Below, in pieces: positions 31,736 to 41,964 of a stretch of 43,340 nucleotides of DNA. How positions within the stretch are numbered: position 1 is the stretch's first letter; the number at the start of each line of letters is the position of its first letter. Origin of the DNA: an uncultured Pseudomonadota bacterium. Its GTDB lineage: Bacteria > Pseudomonadota > Gammaproteobacteria > Xanthomonadales > Ahniellaceae. The notes under the pieces were generated by a model, which saw nothing but the letters and a program-made list of their open reading frames with translations, was not told the origin of the DNA and did not search any database. The position numbers and the translations under genes are program-made. Location: contig CALKUS010000135.1 in NCBI GenBank assembly GCA_937996755.1, positions 1 through 43,340 on the forward strand, in the 5' to 3' direction.

Positions 31736-33035
31736 ACCACGCCAGGAACACGGTGTCGTCCGGCGCGACGTGGATCAGCAGGCCCTCGCCGCTGCGCGAG
31801 TCGCCACCCCACCACGTGCCGTTCATCCAGTCGTTGCCGTTCGCGTTCGCGAAGCCCTGCTGCTCGCATTGCGTCGTGAACGCGGTCGGGATCAGCACGC
31901 TGAGCGGGTAGCCGCCGTCGCCGAAGCCGGCGGAGTCCGCGCCCGTCGAATCCCAGGTGAGCGTGCCGCTGCGGCAACCGGTGAACGCGATGCGCAGCGA
32001 GCCCCAGCGCCTGCGGACGACATCCTGCGCGCGGAAGGCGGGGCCGAACGCCGTGCCCGTGGCGCTCACCACGTCGTCGAGCACGATCTCGCGCGCGCCG
32101 GCGATGCCGCTGCCCACGACCCAGTACTGCGTGCCGACCTGCGTCGCGTCGACGCCGCCGCCACCGCCGGCCGGCACGAACAGCGCGAACGTCGCACCGG
32201 AAAGGCCGCCGCGCGCGAACGGGAACACCAGCCCCTGGTTGGCGCCGTCGGCGGCGACGCGCGACACGCTGTCGCCCGCGGCCACGAACAGGCCACCGTC
32301 GCCGTCCGGCCCCATGCCGGCCGGCAACGGCAGGTCGCTCGAGTACACGCCGAGGAAGTTGCCGCTCGCGGCGTAGCGCAGCAGCTGGCCCGTGCCTTCG
32401 CTGGCCACGAGCACGGAGCCGTCGGCGAGGAACACGATGCCGCGCGGATGGATGAGGCCGCCTGCGTTGCGCGCGATGAACGTCGAAGCCTGGTTGGTGG
32501 CGGGGTCCCACGCGACGACGTTGTTCGCGTCGTAACCCGGGATGTAGAGCCGGCCGTCGGGCCCGAACGTCATGCCGTTGTCGGCGCCGTCGAGCCCGGC
32601 CGCGCGCGGCGGGACGACCGTCGCCTCGAGCTGGCGCGTCGTGCCGTCGTAGCGACGAACGCTGTCGCCGGCGTAGCCGCAGACGTACACGTCGCCGTCC
32701 GGCCCGAACGCGAGCCCGGTCGGGTTGAAACCGGCACCGGTGCCGGTGAAGACGTCGACGAAGTCGAGCGTCGCGAGGTCGTAGCGCAGGATCGAGGCGC
32801 TCTCCTCGCTCACCACCCACAGCCTGCCGTCCGGCCCGACGCGCAGCGCCTGCGGGCCGCGGATGCGGCTGCCCGGCTCGAGCACGCGCTGGAACTCGCC
32901 GGTACACGCATCGTAGACGTGCACGTTGTTGCTGAAGTAGCCGCTCACGAACAGGCGGCCGGCGCAGGCGGCGGAAGCCTGGTTGACGGCGGCGAGGAGG
33001 ACGATGACCGCGAAGAGCCGAATGACCGGATGCAT
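31719..33035 (-). CDS. Secreted NHL-repeat / six-bladed beta-propeller protein (SMP-30/gluconolactonase/LRE-like fold)
   Basis: 439 aa from MHPVIRLFAVIVLLAAVNQASA (signal peptide). It has repeated GPDGxLYV / GxAFGPDG blades. The 73 upstream codons of the track ORF are unsupported. Confidence 0.75.
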   Translation of the reverse strand: MHPVIRLFAVIVLLAAVNQASAACAGRLFVSGYFSNNVHVYDACTGEFQRVLEPGSRIRGPQALRVGPDGRLWVVSEESASILRYDLATLDFVDVFTGTGAGFNPTGLAFGPDGDVYVCGYAGDSVRRYDGTTRQLEATVVPPRAAGLDGADNGMTFGPDGRLYIPGYDANNVVAWDPATNQASTFIARNAGGLIHPRGIVFLADGSVLVASEGTGQLLRYAASGNFLGVYSSDLPLPAGMGPDGDGGLFVAAGDSVSRVAADGANQGLVFPFARGGLSGATFALFVPAGGGGGVDATQVGTQYWVVGSGIAGAREIVLDDVVSATGTAFGPAFRAQDVVRRRWGSLRIAFTGCRSGTLTWDSTGADSAGFGDGGYPLSVLIPTAFTTQCEQQGFANANGNDWMNGTWWGGDSRSGEGLLIHVAPDDTVFLAWFTHRP

Positions 33036-33207
33036 GGCGTTCCGTGTAGCCCGATGGGAGGCACCGATCCTGCCGACCCGACCTGCGTCACCGCCTGAGG
33101 ATTTCCTCCCCTTTTCCTCTCCTGCCCCGGTGTGGCGTTGCGTATAGTGCGCGCAACGCCCACGGCATCGACGAACAGCGCGCGCAGGCCGGCGCGCGAC
33201 GCCCGAA

Positions 33208-35292
33208 TTGGCAGCGACCGACCCCAACGCCGGACCTGCCGCTGCATTCCGCATCGGCGAGTGGATCTACGACCCGCGCAGCCTGGAGCTCGCGCGCGAC
33301 GGCGCGCGCGAGCGGTTGCCGAAGCGGCTCGGCCTGCTGCTCGAGCGGCTGGCGCGCGAACCGGGCGCCGTCGTGACGCGCGAGACGCTGCTGCGCGACG
33401 TCTGGGGCCGCGTGCACGTCGACGAGGACCTGCTGTCGCGCAACGTCGCGGCGCTGCGCCGGGCGCTCGGCGACGACCCGAAGGACCCGCGCTACGTCGA
33501 GACGATCCCGAAATCCGGCTATCGACTGGTGGCGCCCGTGGCGCCGGAGCGGGCCGGGCCGGTCGTGGCGCCCTTCGCACGACGCGCGCGCCTCCTGCCT
33601 GCCGCGATCGTCGCGACGGTCGTGCTCGCGACGCTGCTCGCGGCCTGGCTGCTCGCGCCGAAGCAGGCGATCGCGCGGTTCGACGCCGACGCGCTCGCGC
33701 GCGCGCAGCCGCTGACGAGCGAGCCGGGCTGGGAGCTCGGGCCTGCGCTGTCGCGCGACGGCCAGCTCGTGGCGTACGCGGAAGCCGTGCGCGATCGCCG
33801 CGGCACACACCTCGTGGTGCGCAGCGTCGATGGATCCGCGGGACGTACGCTCGTCGAGCCCGAAGGCGCCGTCGTCGGCCCCGCGTTCCTGCCCGACGGC
33901 AATTCGCTCGTGTTCCGCGCCGTCGCGTCCGGCAGCTGCGAGCTGCGCGTGCGGCCGCTGTTCGGGCAGTCGCGGCCGCTCGCGGCGTGCGCGCCCGGGG
34001 TGTCGAGCACGGTCGACGTGTCCGCCGACGGCACGCGCGTGGTGTTCACCGCGGCGCCGGCGGCGCGCGATCGCGCGGCCGGTCTCGCGATCGTCGCGAT
34101 CGCCACTGGACGCGTGGCGCCGCTCACGTCGCCCGCGCTCGACGAAGGCGCGGACATCGACGCGCGCTTCGCGCCGGACGGCCGCGTGACGTTCGCGCGC
34201 GGCGACGAAGGCAGCCAGCGGCTGTTCGTCGCCGATCCGGCGAGCGGCAGGGTCGAGCTGCTCTGGCCGGTCGTCTCGCGCATCTCCGGCCATGCCTGGA
34301 CGCCGCGCGGCGACGCGATCGTGGTCGCGAGCGACGACCCCGGCTATCGCGCGCTGCTGTTGCTCGACCCGGCCACGCGCGCGGCGACGCTGCTCGGTGC
34401 CCGCGAAGGCCAGCGTCCGGCGTTCGCGCGCGACGGCAGCCTGGTCTACGAGCTCGCGCGCTTCGACGCGAACGTCTGGGCGTGGCACGCCGCCGACGAC
34501 ACCGTGCGCCAGGTCGCCGGCTCGACGCGCTACGACGGCGTGCCGCGGCTCGCGCCCGACGGCAGGCGCTTCGCGTACGTGTCGACGCGCGCCGACCAGG
34601 AAAGCGTGTGGATCGCGTCGCTCGACGGCGCGCCCGAGCAGCGCGTACCGCTCGATCCGGCGTTGCGCTGGACGCTGCCGGATTTCTCGCCGGACGGCGC
34701 GTTCCTGCTGCTGACGGCCTGGTCGGGCAACAGCACGGCGCTGTACGAGCACGAGCTCGCGAGCGGCCGCACGCGGCGCATCGACGCCGGGCCTGATGCG
34801 TTCGCGGGACAGTACGCGGGCGACGGCGCCACCATCGTGTTCGCGCGGCGCGAAGGCGGCGCATCGAAGAGCCTCTGGCGCGTGACGCGCGACGGCGGCG
34901 CACCCGCGCGGCTCGCGCCGCGCATCGACCGCCACGTGGTCGCGGGCGATCGCGTGCTCTACGGCCAGCGCGGCCGGACCGGCCTGACGTCGCTGCCGCT
35001 CGCCGGCGGCGAGCCGCGCGCCATCGCGGTCGACATCGGCGCGGAGAACCGCCAGGACTGGACGGTCGCCGGCGACACGCTCTGGTTCGCGGCGATCGCA
35101 CCGGACGGTCGCGCCGCGCTGTTCCGCCACGACCTGCGCGACGGAACCACGCGCGAAGCGACGCGCGCCGTCGTCCCCACCACGACGACCGCGACGTTGA
35201 GCGCGACGCCGGACGGCAACCTCGTGCTGTTCGCGCGCGTCGACGAGCTCACCATCGACCTCATGCGCGCCGTCGGAGCCGCACCGCCGCAC
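33208..35292 (+). CDS. CadC-like membrane-bound winged-helix (OmpR/PhoB-type) transcriptional regulator with a periplasmic TolB-like beta-propeller
   Basis: It has an N-terminal trans_reg_C domain (RIGEWIYDPRSLEL...VETIPKSGYRLV), a TM helix (LLPAAIVATVVLATLLAAWLLA), and then a WD40/TolB-like repeat region. It has an apparent TTG start. Confidence 0.75.
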
Positions 35293-35342
35293 TGAGACGC
35301 AAGTGGCTGGCGCGCACTGCGGCGAGCGGGCAACATCGCCGG

Positions 35343-36038
35343 ATGCCCATCGCCGACCGCATCGCCGCGCTGCGCCTGCAGCGCTACCTCATCACGGGCG
35401 CGCTCACGCTGTTGCCGTTGTGGCTCACGTGGGTCGTCTTCAAGTTCGTGTTCACGCTGCTCTCGGACATCTCCGTGCCGTGGATCGCGGCGGTCGCGCA
35501 GCCGCTGGCGCAGGCGTACCCGCTGGCGTTCGGCTGGCTCGATGCGCCATGGGTGCAGTCCGCGATCGCGGCGCTCGCCACGGTGCTGCTGATCTACGTC
35601 GTGGGCTGGGCGACGAACCGCGTCGTGGGCCAGCGCCTGATCGGCGCGTTCGATCGCGTCGTCGCGCGCATCCCGATGGTCCAGACCATCTACGGCGGCA
35701 GCAAGAAGCTGCTCGAGTTGATGCAGACCAAGCCGGACGGAACGCACCGGGTCGTGCTCATCGACTTCCCGCACGCGAACATGAAGACGGTCGGGCTGGT
35801 GACGCGCACGCTTCGCGACCACGACACCGGCCGGGAGTACGCGGCCGTCTACGTGCCGACCACGCCGAACCCGACGTCGGGCTACCTGGAGATCGTGCCG
35901 CTCGATCGCGTCACGCCGACCGACTGGACGATGGACCAGGCGATGGCGTTCATCATCTCCGGCGGCGCGATCGCGCCGTCGCGGTTCCGCTTCGACCCGG
36001 CGCCGGTCGCGCCGGCGGCGCCACAGGACAAGGACTGA
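35343..36038 (+). CDS. DUF502-family membrane protein
   Basis: 231 aa with 2 N-terminal TM helices and the conserved IPxVxTIYGGSKKLLE motif. It sits 5 nt upstream of yhhQ and is likely co-transcribed. Confidence 0.7.
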   Translation: MPIADRIAALRLQRYLITGALTLLPLWLTWVVFKFVFTLLSDISVPWIAAVAQPLAQAYPLAFGWLDAPWVQSAIAALATVLLIYVVGWATNRVVGQRLIGAFDRVVARIPMVQTIYGGSKKLLELMQTKPDGTHRVVLIDFPHANMKTVGLVTRTLRDHDTGREYAAVYVPTTPNPTSGYLEIVPLDRVTPTDWTMDQAMAFIISGGAIAPSRFRFDPAPVAPAAPQDKD

Positions 36039-36043
36039 AGACG

Positions 36044-36808
36044 ATGTTCGACTCCACGCGCGCGCAGCGGCTGTTCGTGGTGCTGGCCGGGTTCTTCGTG
36101 GCCAATGCGCTGATGGCCGAGTTCATCGGCGTGAAGATCTTCTCGCTCGAAGGCACGCTCGGCGTGGCGCCACTCGGCTGGAACCTGTTCGGCACCGCGC
36201 GCGACCTCAACCTCACGGCCGGCGTGCTGCTGTGGCCCGTCGTGTTCGTGATGACCGACATCGTCAACGAATACTTCGGTCGCCGCGGCGTGCGCCTGCT
36301 CTCGTGGCTCACCGTGATGCTGATCGCATGGGCGTTCCTGTTCGCGTATGCCGCGATCGCGCTCACGCCCGCGGCGTTCTGGATCGGCGCCGGCGAGTCG
36401 CAGGGCGTGCCGGACATGCAGGTCGCCTTCGCCGCGATGTTCGGCCAGGGCCAGTGGACGATCGCCGGCTCGATCGCCGCTTTCCTCATCGGCCAGCTCA
36501 TCGACGTCGCGATCTACCACCGCGTGCGCCGCGCGACGGGCGAGCGGATGGTCTGGCTGCGCGCCACGGGCTCGACGCTCGTTTCGCAGCTCGTCGACAG
36601 CTTCGTGGTGCTCTACATCGCGTTCGTGCTCGGCCCGCAACACTGGTCGATGCAGCAGTTCCTCGCCGTCGCGACGGTGAACTACGCGTACAAGTTCTGC
36701 GTCGCGATCGCCGCGACGCCGCTCGTCTACGCGGGCCACGGCGTGATCGACCGTTACCTCGGTCCGGCCGACGCCGCGTCGCTCAAGGCGCGCGCGGCGG
36801 CGGCGTAA
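36044..36808 (+). CDS. yhhQ: Queuosine-precursor transporter YhhQ (DUF165/VUT family)
   Basis: 254 aa from MFDSTRAQRL, polytopic. There is a YhhQ-like PxVFVxTDxVNEYFG motif. It is in frame 0 of the 501-aa track ORF, but only from the ATG at 36044. Confidence 0.8.
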   Translation: MFDSTRAQRLFVVLAGFFVANALMAEFIGVKIFSLEGTLGVAPLGWNLFGTARDLNLTAGVLLWPVVFVMTDIVNEYFGRRGVRLLSWLTVMLIAWAFLFAYAAIALTPAAFWIGAGESQGVPDMQVAFAAMFGQGQWTIAGSIAAFLIGQLIDVAIYHRVRRATGERMVWLRATGSTLVSQLVDSFVVLYIAFVLGPQHWSMQQFLAVATVNYAYKFCVAIAATPLVYAGHGVIDRYLGPADAASLKARAAAA

Positions 36809-36820
36809 GCGTCTTCGCGC

Positions 36821-38479
36821 CTATTCGAATCCGTCGCGCGACAGCGCGTCGTTCCCGAACACGGGCGCCGAGAACACCGGCGACACGCCACCGGCGACGT
36901 ACCAGCGCCCGCGGATGGTGTCGCCGCTGCGCACGCGCGGCGGCGCGAGCTCGACGTTCAACGAGGCCGTGCCGTTCGCGGCGACCACGATCGTCGCGTC
37001 GTACACGTCGCCCGTGGCCGGCGCTGGATCCGTGCCCGGGTCGGCGTGCGCGACGACGAGGCGCGCCGTCGCGCCGGCCGGTGCGTTCGCGAGCGCCACC
37101 GTGAAGTTCTGGCTGCCGAGCAGCGCCGGCTCGAGCGCGACGATCGCGGGCACGCCGTTGCCACCCGCGACGCCGGCACCCGCGACGACCGGCACGCGCG
37201 CGCCTTCGCCGAACAATCGCGGGCGGTCGAACGGCGCGGTTTCCGCCATCGCGCGCGGATCGGTGAGCGGCCGGCGCAGGAAGGCGACGATCGCGGCCTT
37301 CTGCTGCGGCGTGAGGCCGCGCGGGCGCACGCGCGGGTCCTTGTTCGGCGCGTTGAAGTCGCCGCCGCGATCGTAGAAGTCGACGACGTCCGCGAGCGTG
37401 GCGAAGCGGCCGTCGTGCATGTACGGCGCGCGCAGCTCGACGTTGCGCAACGACGGCGTGCGGAACGCGCCGCGATCGGCCGGATTGCTGGTCTGCGCGA
37501 AGCGGCCCAGGTCCTCGGCCGGCGGGCGCACGCCGATGTAGTGGAACTGCTGGTCGCTGAGCAGCGCGCCCGCATGGCACGCGGCGCAGTCGTTCGCAAC
37601 GAACAGCTGGCGGCCCTGCAGTTCCTGCGCCGTGAGCGACGGCGTGCCGCCGTTCTCGGCGTCGAACGGCGTCTGCGTCGGCGCGAGCGTGCGCTCGTAG
37701 GTCGCGATCGCGAGCGCCATGCGCGCGGGCGTGATCGCCGGCGTGCCGAACGCTTCGGCGAACAACGCGGGATAGTCGCGCGTGCCCAGCCATTGCGCGA
37801 GCGCGGGCGGCACGTTCTCGGCGAGCGCGAGCGGCGCCGCGCCCGCGACGCGCGCGGGCAGCGCGGCGACCGTCGCGCCCGAATACGCCATCTCTGCCGA
37901 GTCGAGCATCGGCGCGAGCGACTGGTTCTCGAGCGCGCCGCCCGCCTGCAGGATCACCGACCCGGTCACCGGGTCGGCGAACGTGCCGCCCGCGCGGCCG
38001 TCCCAGAACAGCAGGGGCGCATACGCGGCGCCGACGGCGGAGGGCGACTTGCGCCGGCCCACCTGTGCACCCAGGCCGAAGCTAGCGCTCGCCGCATACA
38101 GGCCATCGGCGCCGTGCGCGGGCACGCCGAGCGAGCCGCGCACGTCGTCGGGCGTGCCGAACACGTTGTCGAAGCCGGGATTGACGCTCGGCGCCAGGAC
38201 GGACGCGCTGCGCGGGTCGCTGCCGCCCGCGGCGCTGCGATGGCACGTGCCGCACGCGACGGTCCCGGTGAGCGAGAGCTGCTCGTCCCAGAACAGCGTC
38301 TGGCCGAGCGCGACCTTCGCGGCGGTGATCGGGTTGCCGGCCGGCACGGGCGGCGGACCCAGCGGTTGCGGCGGCGGCGGCGGGCCACCCTGGGCCTGGG
38401 CGCAGAACGGTGTCAGCAGCGACGCAGCGGCGAGCGCGGCGCGCAGTGGCAGGAAGTGCAGGAATTTCAGGAATCGCAT
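36821..38479 (-). CDS. ccp: Di-haem cytochrome c peroxidase (CCP/MauG family) with a ~130-aa C-terminal extension domain ending DALSRDGFE
   Basis: It has a signal peptide (MRFLKFLHFLPLRAALAAASLLTPFCAQA) and two CxxCH haem motifs (CGTCH, CAACH) plus PxxxRxxxLRNVxxxxPYMHDG. The stop is 12 nt from the yhhQ stop. Confidence 0.85.
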   Translation of the reverse strand: MRFLKFLHFLPLRAALAAASLLTPFCAQAQGGPPPPPQPLGPPPVPAGNPITAAKVALGQTLFWDEQLSLTGTVACGTCHRSAAGGSDPRSASVLAPSVNPGFDNVFGTPDDVRGSLGVPAHGADGLYAASASFGLGAQVGRRKSPSAVGAAYAPLLFWDGRAGGTFADPVTGSVILQAGGALENQSLAPMLDSAEMAYSGATVAALPARVAGAAPLALAENVPPALAQWLGTRDYPALFAEAFGTPAITPARMALAIATYERTLAPTQTPFDAENGGTPSLTAQELQGRQLFVANDCAACHAGALLSDQQFHYIGVRPPAEDLGRFAQTSNPADRGAFRTPSLRNVELRAPYMHDGRFATLADVVDFYDRGGDFNAPNKDPRVRPRGLTPQQKAAIVAFLRRPLTDPRAMAETAPFDRPRLFGEGARVPVVAGAGVAGGNGVPAIVALEPALLGSQNFTVALANAPAGATARLVVAHADPGTDPAPATGDVYDATIVVAANGTASLNVELAPPRVRSGDTIRGRWYVAGGVSPVFSAPVFGNDALSRDGFE

Positions 38480-38559
38480 CTCGGCCCCCGGTCGACGATC
38501 CAACCGGGGGCAAGTTTGCGCGAGATTCTGCAGCGACTATCGACCGCGGGCGAAAATCC

Positions 38560-39093
38560 TCATTCCGTGCACATTTTGGCTTCGACGAAGCTGGTGCGCG
38601 CGTCGATCGGCGGCTTGCACTCGAGCGCGGCGATCTTCGTGCCCACTTCCGCGCGCAGCTTGCAGCTCACGTGCGTCGCCTTCGCGCCGTACTCGGCGAG
38701 CGTCTGCTGCTTCATCGCGTCGGCCGCGGCGCGGTGTTCGGCCGGGATCATGCCGTCCAGCTTGTCGCGCGCCTTCACGTAGTCGCCGTAGTTCGACTCG
38801 GCTGCCGAGGCATACCATGCGAGCGCGCGCAGCGCGTCCGGCTTCGTGCCTTCGCCGAGCAGGTACATGGTGCCGAGCGCGAACTGGCTGCTCTTGTCGC
38901 CGGCGCAGGCATTGCGCGTGTAGAGCTCGACCGCGCGGTCGAACTTGCCGCGCTCGTACGCGAGGTGCGCTTCCTTGATCATGATGCGCCAGTCCTGGAA
39001 CCGCATCTTCTCGAAACCGGGCTGGACGGCGAGCGCACCGGTCGAAACGGCAACGAGCGTGGCGGCAACCAGGATCTTCACGGAACGACGCAT
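38560..39093 (-). CDS. Secreted Sel1-like (TPR-like) repeat protein
   Basis: 177 aa from MRRSVKILVAATLVAVSTGALA (AAGGAG Shine-Dalgarno sequence). It has Sel1 consensus (ALGTMYLLGEGTKPDALRALAWYASAA). It lies upstream of ccp on the same strand. Confidence 0.7.
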   Translation of the reverse strand: MRRSVKILVAATLVAVSTGALAVQPGFEKMRFQDWRIMIKEAHLAYERGKFDRAVELYTRNACAGDKSSQFALGTMYLLGEGTKPDALRALAWYASAAESNYGDYVKARDKLDGMIPAEHRAAADAMKQQTLAEYGAKATHVSCKLRAEVGTKIAALECKPPIDARTSFVEAKMCTE

Positions 39094-39161
39094 GTCGCGC
39101 TCCTTTCGGGGTTCGTCGATGGATCGGATGCGCGAAGCGGCGAACGCGTCGCGCGCAAGCA

Positions 39162-39779
39162 TTGCAACGCAACGGAGCGCAGCGATTGAGTGCCAGTGGT
39201 GGGAGTGACCTCCGGCAGGGGAACCACGGCGAGCGCCTGTTCGTCGCCTGGTTGCCCGACGCCGCCGCGCGCGACGCGCTCGCCGCGGCCGCCGCCTCGT
39301 GGCGCGCGTCCGGCGACGTGCCCGGTTTGCGCTGGGTCGCGCCAGCGAACCTGCACCTCACGTTGCGCTTCCTCGGCGCCTGCACGGCCATGCAGCGCGA
39401 CGGAATGGACGCGGGCCTCGCGGCGCTCGCGGCCCGACGCGCGCCCTGCGCCGCACGCACGGCGGGCTGCGCAGCCTGGCCGTCGGCGCGCGCGCCGCGC
39501 GTACTGGTGCTCGAGCTCGCTGCTCATCCTGCGCTCGCCGAGCTCGCTGCCGCCTGCGAGACGCTCGCGCGCGACTGCGGCCATGCCGCGGAACCGCGCC
39601 GTTTCCGCCCCCACGTGACGCTGGCACGCGTCCGCCCCGGCACGATCCTGCCGTCGGCCCCGCCTGCCGTCCCCGCGATCGCCTGCCGGGTCGACGCGCT
39701 GGCGCTCGTGCGCAGCACGCCGGGGCCCGACGGCTCGGTCTACGAACCCCTGGCCCGGTTCCCGCTCGCCACCCCCTGA
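39162..39779 (+). CDS. thpR: RNA 2',3'-cyclic phosphodiesterase ThpR/LigT (2H phosphoesterase); N-terminus uncertain
   Basis: It has two HxTx motifs (HLTLRFLG, HVTLARV) and ERLFVAWLP near the N-terminus. The first ~25 codons of the track ORF may not be translated. Confidence 0.7.
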   Translation: MQRNGAQRLSASGGSDLRQGNHGERLFVAWLPDAAARDALAAAAASWRASGDVPGLRWVAPANLHLTLRFLGACTAMQRDGMDAGLAALAARRAPCAARTAGCAAWPSARAPRVLVLELAAHPALAELAAACETLARDCGHAAEPRRFRPHVTLARVRPGTILPSAPPAVPAIACRVDALALVRSTPGPDGSVYEPLARFPLATP

Positions 39780-39881
39780 CCTTCGACACTTTGACGCGCC
39801 CCGCGGCTGCCCTCAGCATCGCCGGGCCCACCGGCTCGCTGCCGGTCGCTCCCCTTGTTCCGAATCCCGGAGATTCAGCCC

Positions 39882-41906
39882 ATGCGTATCCGCATCGCGC
39901 CGCTGGCGTTGGCCATCGCAGTTTCGTTCGCCGCCACGGCGAGCGCCCACACGAACGACCACGGCCTCGACCGCCGGAACTTCGACGAGAAGGCCGCGCC
40001 GTGCACGGACTTCTACCGCTACGCCAACGGCGGCTGGCTCGACTCCAACCCGATCCCGGCCGAGTACTCGGCCTGGGGCATCGGCAACGAGATGCGCGAG
40101 CGCAACCTGAACCTCCTCAAGCAGATCCTCGAGGAGAGCTCGAAGGAAGCCGCCAAGCCGGGCTCCAACGCGCAGAAGATCGGCGACTTCTACGCCTCGG
40201 CGATGGATGAGGCGGGCATCGAGAAGGCCGGTTACGACCCGATCAAGCCCGACCTCGCGAAGATCGACGCGCTGGAGTCGAAGGAAGACGTCGTCGCGCT
40301 CATCGACGCGTGGCACGCGCAGGGCATCCAGCCGCTGTTCGGCTTCGGCTCGCTCGGCGACCTCAAGAATTCCTCGATGAACATCGCGTACGCCGTGCAG
40401 GGCGGCCTCGGCCTGCCGGAACGCGAGTACTACCTGAAGACGGGCGCCGAGGACCAGGCGCTGCGCGACAAGTACGTCGCGCACATCGAGAAGCTGCTCA
40501 CGCTCGCCGGCCAGGAAGCCGCCTCCGCGAAGCAGCAGGCGCAGTGGATCCTCGCGATGGAAACGCGCCTCGCGAAGGCGTCGATGGACAAGGTCGCGCT
40601 GCGCGACCCGGGCAACTACTACAACATCGTCACGGTCGCGGACGCCGACAAGAAGACGCCGAACCTGCCGTGGTCGAAGTACCTCGCGGCGAACGGCCTG
40701 GCGCTCGACACGTTCTCGCTGGCGCAGCCGGGCTTCTTCGACGAAGCGAACAAGATGGTCGCCGACGTCCCGGTCGAGCAGTGGCAGGCCTACCTGCGCT
40801 GGAACCTCGTGTCGTTCGCCGCGCCGTACCTGTCGAGCGCGTTCGTGAACGAGGACTTCGAGTTCAATGGCAGGGCACTGACGGGTGCGAAGGAGCTGCG
40901 TCCACGCTGGAAGCGGGTGATGGACGTGACGAGCAACAACCTCGGCGAGGCGCTCGGCGAGCTGTACGTCGCGCGCACGTTCCCGCCGGAAGCGAAGGCG
41001 AAGGGCCTCGCGCTCGTGCAGAACCTGCAGAAGGCGCTGAAGGCCCGGCTCGAGAAGCTCGAGTGGATGGGCGACGAGACGAAGAAGAAGGCGATGGAGA
41101 AGTTCGCCTCGTTCACGCCGAAGATCGGCTACCCCGACAAGTGGCGCGATTATTCCGCGCTGACCATCACGCGCGGCCACTACCTCGACAACGTGCGCGC
41201 CGGCACGGCGTTCGAGGCGAAGCGCCAGCTCGCGAAGATCGGCAAGCCGGTCGACAAGGCCGAATGGGGCATGACGCCGCAGACCGTCAACGCGTACTAC
41301 AACCCGCTGCAGAACGAGATCGTGTTCCCGGCCGCCATCATGCAGCCGCCGTTCTTCGACCCGAAGGCCGACGACGCGGTGAACTACGGCGCGATGGGCG
41401 GCGTCATCGGCCACGAGCTGATGCACGGGTTCGACGACCAGGGCTCGAAGTTCGACGCGAAGGGCAATTACGTCAGCTGGTGGACCGACCAGGACCGCAA
41501 GCTGTTCGAGGAGCGCACGGCGAAGCTCGTGAAGCAGTACAACGGCTACGTCGCCATCGACGACCTGCACGTGAACGGTGAGCTGACGCTCGGCGAGAAC
41601 ATCGGCGATTTCGGCGGCCTGCTCGTCGCGTTCGACGCATTCCACATGACCGAGCAGGCGAAGAAGGGCGAGAAGATCGACGGCCTGACCCCGGACCAGC
41701 GCTTCTTCCTGTCGTGGGCGCAGTCCTGGCGCCGCACGTACCGCCCCGAGGCGCTGAAGCTGCAGGTCAACACCGACCCGCACTCGCCGTCCAACTTCCG
41801 CGTGATCGGCCCGATCTCGAACATGGACTCGTTCGCGAAGGCCTTCTCGTGCAAGGCCGGCGACAAGATGGTGAATAGCGGCGATTCCAAGGTCGAGATC
41901 TGGTGA
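39882..41906 (+). CDS. pepO: M13-family zinc metallopeptidase (PepO / neprilysin-endothelin-converting-enzyme-like), secreted
   Basis: Start MRIRIAPLALAIAVSFAATASA (GGAG-N9). Motifs are HELMHGFD (HExxH), the NAYY motif and GENIGDxGG, and the C-terminal residue is Trp. Confidence 0.9.
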   Translation: MRIRIAPLALAIAVSFAATASAHTNDHGLDRRNFDEKAAPCTDFYRYANGGWLDSNPIPAEYSAWGIGNEMRERNLNLLKQILEESSKEAAKPGSNAQKIGDFYASAMDEAGIEKAGYDPIKPDLAKIDALESKEDVVALIDAWHAQGIQPLFGFGSLGDLKNSSMNIAYAVQGGLGLPEREYYLKTGAEDQALRDKYVAHIEKLLTLAGQEAASAKQQAQWILAMETRLAKASMDKVALRDPGNYYNIVTVADADKKTPNLPWSKYLAANGLALDTFSLAQPGFFDEANKMVADVPVEQWQAYLRWNLVSFAAPYLSSAFVNEDFEFNGRALTGAKELRPRWKRVMDVTSNNLGEALGELYVARTFPPEAKAKGLALVQNLQKALKARLEKLEWMGDETKKKAMEKFASFTPKIGYPDKWRDYSALTITRGHYLDNVRAGTAFEAKRQLAKIGKPVDKAEWGMTPQTVNAYYNPLQNEIVFPAAIMQPPFFDPKADDAVNYGAMGGVIGHELMHGFDDQGSKFDAKGNYVSWWTDQDRKLFEERTAKLVKQYNGYVAIDDLHVNGELTLGENIGDFGGLLVAFDAFHMTEQAKKGEKIDGLTPDQRFFLSWAQSWRRTYRPEALKLQVNTDPHSPSNFRVIGPISNMDSFAKAFSCKAGDKMVNSGDSKVEIW

Positions 41907-41964
41907 TCGGCCGCGCCTCGAACGAGGCGCCGCTTCTTGTTTCCTCCCCTGCGCATGCGGGGGT

